A model generated the notes under the pieces. That model was given only the letters and a program-made list of their open reading frames with translations, made no database searches and had not been told where the DNA came from. The position numbers and the translations under genes are program-made. Source: Euglena gracilis (taxonomy: Eukaryota). Taken from it: 64,000 bases of DNA. The stretch's first letter is position 1; each line of letters opens with the position of its first letter. Where the stretch lies: positions 41,471,572-41,535,571 of the forward strand of contig CP154954.1 of NCBI GenBank assembly GCA_039621445.1. The letters are read 5' to 3'. Shown piece after piece: positions 24,662-64,000 of this stretch.

Positions 24662-26710
24662 CTGGGGGTTGGGGGAGGGCCCAATGGTCCGCGGCTGGAT
24701 GGACGGCCCGCCACCTCTCCATCAAGGCGGAATACAGAACAGTGGTGTATGTGTTGGCACCAGTGGCGCGACCCGGACACCTTCGAGAAGTTTGGCCACC
24801 GACCCTGACAGCTTCCTGGCAAGGCGATCCCTGGGGCAATAGCCACAGCCCCGGAATGTGTGTGACTCCGTTCGGTGGCCGAATTACGGATGACTGCGTA
24901 CCCAATGAACCACTTGGATTACCTTTTCGGAGGCTGGTTGCTCATCGGCTGTGAACTTGTGGACACCATCTCTGCAGAAATGGCATCCCCTCTATCACTT
25001 TGCTTTGAATGGGCCGTTGGTGCGCCATGAGTATGCTTGCTGCCTGGGACCAACTTCGAGGACAGGGCTCCCCATCCCATCCCCATCAATGCCAGGGGGC
25101 GACGTGGGCCAGGCAGCAGCCGCACACCCAACACGACGCCTGCGAAGAAGAAGGCACCGCTGGCCAATACAGTGGCGTTCCCAAGACACAGCGATCGGAC
25201 TGGCTCCCCGGAAAGCCATTCAATGCAGCCCATTTTCAGGGAGAAGTTTTTTCACAAAGTGCAGAGATCCATTTTTCTCAGCAGCTTCAGCAAACCAGTC
25301 CCTTGAAGGTGCAATACAATTACACGACCAATCATGGTTCTCCTACCTCCCCTGGGTACGAACAGCAAATGCAAGTGAATGCAGGTTTGAGAGTGCCATA
25401 CTATTACCAAGGTTGGTGTGCATTTGTCTTTTGTGTGTGTTTGCGCCTTTGCCGTGAATGTGCATGTGAATGCCGGGGGGGTGTGGGTGGGTGGGTCTGG
25501 TGGATGGGTGGATGCCTTTGATAGCATGAAATGTTGGCAGGCTCGCACTCCAGGCAAGGCGCATACAAATCATCCTCGTCTGCGGGGGACACCAGCAACG
25601 TGGGCAGCGCCACCGGCTGGGGCGAGGGGTCCCCGGAGACCCGCCCGGGCAGGCAGCCCATGGACGGAGGTGGAGACACGGCAACGCCCCCAAACAACGT
25701 AATGCAGCACCACACCCAACTCTACGGAGATGACCCCCAACTTACCTCCCGGTTTTGATTATTTACGCCTGTTATTTTGGGGGGCGCCCAAAAGAAAGCC
25801 TGGGAGGGGAACATTTGAACAAAATTATCCAAACTTAAAAATCACCACAAAATGCTTCACCAATTCCTCCAGATCTTATTTTTTTGCAATATTCAAACTT
25901 AACGGGTTTTGGAACTCGTAAAAGCTCAATGTCATCCATTTCTGTGTTTTTGGATTTATCCCGTGATTTTTCCACCCGGTTCCCTTTGTCTGCACCATAG
26001 TGTGGAAGGGGGGCATTAATTGGGCAGCCAAAGTCTATCCTAAGGATGGGGTATTGTTTGTGGTAGGGTGGTATTTTGGAGACCATTGGGGGTTTTCATG
26101 AGAAGGTTACCCTACCCCATGACCGTAGGTTGCCTTGACTCCGGCTTCGCTACCACCAAAACCTTTCAGATGTGTTTGAATGGTCCAAAAAAAAACACCA
26201 CCCTGGCGACGGTGGTGTTTGGGGTTTGCTTTGGGAATTGACCACTGCCTGGGTTGTGTTGTGTTGTGTTGCCCAAAAAGCGGCAAAACCTCTGAACCAG
26301 AAAAATGAAAAGGTACCCCAGGACGGCCTACCGGATGGATTAGACAGCATGCGTCCGTGGCCTGCCCGGCGGCTGTGGCTCAGGTCGGCCTCCGGAGCTC
26401 CGACGACCTTCGTGGGCCTGCGACGGGCGCAGTCACAGGATACCTGTTGACCTGTTCCCCGAGGGCATTGTGGATGGCTGACCGCCACCCAGGCCCCCCC
26501 TCACACCATACCATGGGGTGCCTGGGGTTCCCGGTAGCCCTACGAGAGCCTGCCAGTCCTGTACGTGGTATGGGAACCGCTCAGCAAGGAAAATGGATCC
26601 GAAGCCAAAGCGCGACACAGTGAAAAACAAGTTGTTTCTGCTGTGTTGAACGCTTTCTTCCTTGCATTCCTCCCCCCTCCCCCTCCCGGAGGGCAGAGCT
26701 GTGGGCACAC

Positions 26711-35279
<8,569 letters not shown>

Positions 35280-38200
35280 CTGCAGATGGGGAGGGGAAGT
35301 GGCAGGGGGTGGAGGGCGTGGGCAGGGCAGCGTCCAGGGGAGGGCTGAGATCCCCTTGACAACAAAAAGGGTGAACCCCATTGAAATGCATGGGGTGTGC
35401 ACGTTTTGGACCGCAGGTTCAGACTCTTGGGGGCACTTATTGACCCCCCATCCCCATCCTGGTGGGTAGGGTCTGACTACCCCCCTTCCTGCATTTCCAG
35501 AGGTACCAATTTTTGGTCAAGTTTTTCCTTGCGCAGTGCTGTGGTGGGTGGGCCCCCCCCCCAGCAGGCCTTCCTGTACAGCGCACTTCATTTGGGGGTT
35601 GTTTCAGGGTTTGAGGATGACCCTCGCTCCCCCAGGAGGGTCCCACACGAACCTGAGGGTCTAAAACAAAAGGGAGAGAAAGCATACCGCTCCCCCCACC
35701 CTCCCCTCCCAGTTCAGGAGCAGGAGGTACTGGAGGAACAAACTGGTTCCCGGATTTCCCAGGCTTCGTGACAGAAACGACGCACCCCCAGTCCATTGGG
35801 TGACCCCCTGGGGGGAGGAGTCCCTCAATGGGCCCCCGGGGTACAAAGGGGGGCTCAGCCAGGCTCAGCCACGGGCCCATCACCAACCCACCCCGACCCC
35901 ACCAAGTGGGATTTGGAAAAGAAGCTTGACACTTGGCGCTTGAAGTGACGGGGGGGGGGGGTCCTGGCTGAGTCCAGCCACCCAAGTCGGGTCCTGGGCT
36001 CAGCAGACTGCCACCGGCACACACACGGCACCACAAAGGGGGCATGCCTTCACTCAGGCCTGGCTCGGATTGGGGACGCCGTGGGGGCAGGTGGCTGGCC
36101 CGCGGCTGCCGGTTCCTGTTGGGAAGGAGAGGGGTTTGTTGGGGCCAACCGGGCCAGTTAGCCTGCTGGCACGTGAAGCTGGGGAGGTTTTCTGACCCGT
36201 TGTGCAGTGACGTTGATGTGCCGGGAGGGGAGCGTGGTGGAAAGCCACAACAAAGGGGGGGGTGGAGGTGGGCAAATGATCGGATTGTACACCGATGTCC
36301 AGACCCTACAATTGGAAAGCGACCCCCCAGGAGTCGGTTTCCACTTTTAAAGGACCACACACTTCCCATCCCTCCCCCAGGGTCGGTCTCTCTGGCCACT
36401 TGGACAAAAAAAATACATAAATAATAAAAATAAATGGACCTTGGCCATTTTTCCGAAAAATTCCGGTGCCTTAGGTGCCAGGAGGGGGACCCTGGCTGGA
36501 TGTTGTAAAGGAATTTTTGGTTAAATGGCATTGGAATGGAGGAAAGATGATCCACGATGGTCCATATGCAACCTTCCCAACGCCTATTTTCAGCCTATTT
36601 TAGAGACCCAAATAAAAAGCAGCCAGCCGCCTATATTTGGGGAAGTGCCAGACAGGCCGCCCTGTTGCCCAATCACCCCTCCTGATTTTGGGCCCAAACT
36701 CCCCGGGTTTAGGCCCGACCGAAAAATCTTTTGCTGCAAAAGCGGCGAAACCTTGGGTTAAAAATGGTCGGGCTTTTCCTTGCCTGCCTCCCCCCTCCCC
36801 CAGCAGAGCGTCCCAGACCTCCCCCCCACCCCGGGTCCCACACCTGAGCGGGTGGTGGGGCCCACTCGTCATCGCGAAACAAGAAGTCCGGGCATCGCAC
36901 ATAGCCCCACGCTGGCACCACAAATTGCATAGGGCACACCCCAGCGGTTTGTTTCCTTCCCACTCATCTTGGCCCACCTCCTCGTCTCCAGTGAGAGCCA
37001 GATTGGACTTCAACGTCAGGAGGAGGAGGGTTTCTGGTGGGGCACCCCACCCCCTGGGGGTCCAATCCAGCACTTTCAACCCCTTCTGGCCGACCCTCCG
37101 GGGGTGGGCATTCCATACACAAACACCAGTCAAACGCCTCCCTAGGGGAGCGGGAGGTCATTGACTGGTGATTGACTGGCACACCGTGCGGTTGAGACAA
37201 CCTGCCCCCCCATCCCCTGCCCGCAGCACACACCGGGCACGGACAACGGAGGAGAGCGGCTGTGGGTCGGGCATGCGGGCGATGTGGGGCAGTGGGGTCA
37301 GCCGGGGCGGCGCCCGGGTCACGGGGCGGCGGACGGCGACCGCCGCCTGCCGCGGGCCCCGATGATGAGAAGCCTGGGGCGGGGGATGCGCATGACCACC
37401 CCCTGGCCCCCCAAAACGCCGGTGTTTGTGATCGTTCGACACAGCTTCAGTTGGAGCGCACTGCCAGGGGTCACGCGTGGGCGGGTGCTGTGCTGTGACC
37501 GCCAAGGCCCTGGGGCGTCCCCCCTCGCCTGCCCCCCGGCGCAGGCGGTGGGGCCAATGCGCGTCTGCATCGGAACCGCATGCCTGCCCGTGCCCGGCGG
37601 TGGCGGGGCCCTCGGCAGGGCAGGGGGTGGGGTGCCGGGCGCGGCGCAGCCAGCGGCGGCGGCGGGCGGGCGGGTCCGGGTCCGGGGGCGGCGGTGGCGG
37701 GCGCCCCGGCCCGCACGGTCGGGCCGCAGCGGCGCCGACCTTCAAACCGGCTGCGAGGGGGAGGGAGGAGGGGGGGTGCCAGTCCGCAGCCAGAAGCAGG
37801 ATCCGACTTCGCTGTTTGGGGGAAAGAACGGCGAACAGGGGTGTTGGCAGCAAAGGGGTCCGGCCAGGCGTGAAATCGAAGGCCCACAGGGGGCTCCTAA
37901 TTAGGGGGGCCGCAAGTCGCTTGGCTCATTGCACCAAAAAAATAACACCAAATGCCAAAAAAAAATAGCATAATTTTTGCTTTTGGGGTGGGAGTTAGAA
38001 GGTGGTGGCGGGGTTACGGCAGGAGGCGCCGTAGGAGCCTCCTCAAATGTTGTTCGCGGTTTTTGCAGGGAGCTGTTCAGAGGGCCACAAAATGCCAAAA
38101 TCCCTTGTGTAACGTGTGTGGTGTCCCATGTGTGTGCAAATCCCTGTTGTTGGGCAAGTCCTTTATGGTGAACTGTCCATAGGGCTCAGAATGCCCGCGT

Positions 38201-39265
38201 GTCCCAAAACACCGAGTGGCACCAGCAATGTCTTTTAACCAACCAACCAACCAACCAACCCGCATTATCCTTTCTTAGGGGAGTGAATCGAACCACCTCA
38301 CCCATCAGCAAAATGCAGATGGGCCGATCGCAGACTGAGTGCGATCGGCTGCGCGTGCGAGGTATGAGGAGGGTGGGATGTAAAAGTACACAGATGGCGA
38401 CACGCACCGCAAGGGTGAGAGGTGGCAACACATTGCAGATGCCTGAAGGTGGCCCGACAGCCGGAGGGTTGGTGAGGGGTATGAGGCTGTCAGGAACAAA
38501 ACCACCCTGCACAACGATTCGGGACGTGTTTCAGGCACACAAAGCACAAAGCGATGGAAACTACCAGAGGAGTGGAGGTGGGGGAAAACATGCCCCCGGA
38601 AGAATTCTTTGTGAGCGAATGCCCGAGCAAATCAGCCTCTCAGGGACGGAGGGTCATCCCAAAAATGCGTGTTTCAGAATGCCTGGACTGGGTGGGTGAA
38701 AGTTCAGGGGGGGGAAATGCGCTCGCCCGGCTTCGGAAAAAATGCGCAAAAATGCGCAAAAATGCGCAAAAAAATGTGCAAAAATGTGCAAAATCCGAGA
38801 AAAAAATGCGCAAAAATCACGAAAATGCAAAAATTACCCCAAAACATGCAAAAATGGCACCAAATTTGAAGAAATTATGTAGAATAATGAGGAAAATGTA
38901 AGTTTCAAAAAAAGTTGAAAATTTCAAATTTTTTTGCAAAAAATTGCAAAAATGGTCAAAAAAATGCGAAAATTTTGGAAAATCACGAAAAAATGTGCCA
39001 AAAAGCAAAAAAAAGGCGCTGAAAAAAAAAAAAAAAAAAAAAATGCGCAAAAATGCGCATTTTTGGAAAATTTGAAAAAAATGCGCAAAAAAATGCGCAA
39101 AAATGCGAAAAAATGCGAAACGCATTCCCCCCCCCCCTGGTGAAAGAACTGTCTTTCCCGTGCCTGTTTTTTTCTCTGGAGGACAGCAGAAGAAGTGAGG
39201 ACGTGGCGATGAGAAGGAGACGGTGGCGGTGGTGGGGGTGGCGGTGCGACTGCTGCAGCCAGGGG

Positions 39266-62282
<23,017 letters not shown>

Positions 62283-64000
62283 CTGACTGTGCTGAATGCC
62301 GTCAATGTTCTGTTTCAAAAAATCAATCAATTTCGGCAACAAAGATGCAAGTACCGAACCTCCCATCAGATAAACCCCAAATAATGCCCAATACCTGCCC
62401 CAACCACCCCTTCCGAACTCCATGAAGGTCAAGGAAACTTAGCAAAAAGTGCACATTGTGCGTATCACCGCACTCTTCTTGAAATCGGATATTGCATCCA
62501 TATGCATATCAGCAAGAGTACCCAATGCCCGCAAGAGGACAAAATGAAATAAAGACATTCAAAAAAATTGGCCGCATACACACACATTTTCGGATTTATT
62601 GGGAATTTTGTGGCAGATAGAGATAATTTGGGGAGCAGGGCATGATGAAGTGTGTCCCAACACTGGTTCAGGCAACGCAAATGCTGTTCGCCTCCCCATG
62701 AGTGGCATACAGACTGAGGCATATGTGCAGGGAAGCAGGGGTCAAAACGCCGCGCTGCACTGTGGGGTGGCAGGAGGCACCGAGGCCCCGAATGAGAATG
62801 GGTTGAGCCAGACCCAAGAAAAGTGAAATGGGTCCAACACCAAACAAATCAGAACTTCTGCTGAATTGCAGGTTGGGGCCAAAGATTTGAGCGAGGCAGC
62901 CCGTATCCAGTCGACCGCCGGCCAGAACCTTGCACACGTTTCCGTGCAGGCATCCGCCATCCCATTTGGATCCGGCTGACAATGCACTCCCCCCAGGGTG
63001 CTGAGTAAAGGAAGGGAAAAAGAGGGGGGATCCAGGGGAACTAGGGAGGGGTGCCGTGGGAGGTGGGATTCGCTTTTTGGGCGGGGCCACAACAGACACA
63101 TCGGCCGGCCGTGCGGCCCCAACTGCACGTTTGCTGCAGAAGATGCTCTGCCGCAGGACGCAGGCAGCCACGGACAGGCAGAAACGGTCTGCCGGTGAGT
63201 TCCCAAATGAATAAAATAAATGGGGGAGAAATAGAGAATTGAGTGGGGAGTAAGAAGTGCCTTCAAGGACAGAGCTCTGGGGGGAGAACGAACTCCGATG
63301 AATTGAAAGGGGCGGATGGACTTCGGCTATCTTCCTGATGGCTGAGGGCCCACCACCCCCCACGCCTGGGAAGTGGCCATCTGACCGGTCAAGCAAACAG
63401 AGTCCTAGGCAGCACATCTCCACATGACAAGCCAGCGGGGGCCTGGGTCTCGCCAACTTGGCTGAAGACAAATCCCGGGGTGGGGGGGTACGGTTTTTGG
63501 CCCGCCTTTTGGCTTGTCCCGTTGGAACTCTGCTTGAGACCCAGATACCAACCTCCAAGGCAGGCTATTGCTTAAGGATAGCCATTTTGCTAGACAATGG
63601 GGGAAAAAGCCACTGGCTGGACCTAAACCCTCCTCCCCCCTGGGGGGGGGGGTTCTGGGGTCCCCTGACTAGGGAAAAAAATCCTTCAGGGGTGCGTGCT
63701 CAGGTGGAGCCAAAGTTGGATTAGCTGCAGCCCCCCCCGGGGGGGGGGGTACTACAAACCCTTAAGCAATAGCCTGCTCCCAGGCGTTGCGGTTTCTCTT
63801 TGGTTTTTTCCCCTGCAAAAAAATGCATGCAAAATGCATAAAAAGCCTGTCAATTTTGGCAGGCTTTTTTTAAAAAAATAAGTGGAAATAACTTCGCCTG
63901 GCCTACTTGGGCCAATTTTCACCCAGTAAAAAGGACACCATTTTTCGGGGAGGCCACAGTTGAACGCGCAGAGGGGGGATCTCCCATGAGGCCAATTTGG

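Noticed and set aside
35580-37150. Possible second decayed retroelement (NLPNAYFQPIL, RT-like)
   Set aside because: Only one weak motif and no termini; not supportable without a search.
38705-39139. AAAATGCGC-rich CAG...CTG element as another 8-bp TSD case
   Set aside because: The flanks (GTGAAAGTT / GTGAAAGA) match only with a 1-nt offset, so it was not counted.

Overview
Eukaryotic, repeat-rich genomic DNA, very probably from a euglenid: many introns lack GT-AG ends and instead carry the base-paired +4..+6 CAG / -8..-6 CTG signature. Main contents: (1) a minus-strand gene of at least 15 exons (39266-62282) encoding an M20D amidohydrolase-like protein that has lost most metal/catalytic ligands, with 9 of 14 introns nonconventional; (2) a minus-strand Pro-rich/coiled-coil gene region (~16.1-37.8 kb) containing eight exons that each encode an unrecognised 'FxxFDGAxxFxxRF' motif, five of them symmetric phase 2-2 cassettes; (3) a decayed DIRS-type tyrosine-recombinase retrotransposon whose recombinase is split by a 6.4-kb LTR retroelement with a tRNA-Gln-like PBS; (4) many CAG...CTG-ended MITEs and a 1.8-kb hAT-like element with 8-bp target-site duplications, a geometry that matches the 3+5 nt offsets of the nonconventional introns; (5) a ~2-kb segmental duplication, microsatellites, and an apparent homopolymer-extending substitution bias in repeats. 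All calls were made by eye, without database searches.
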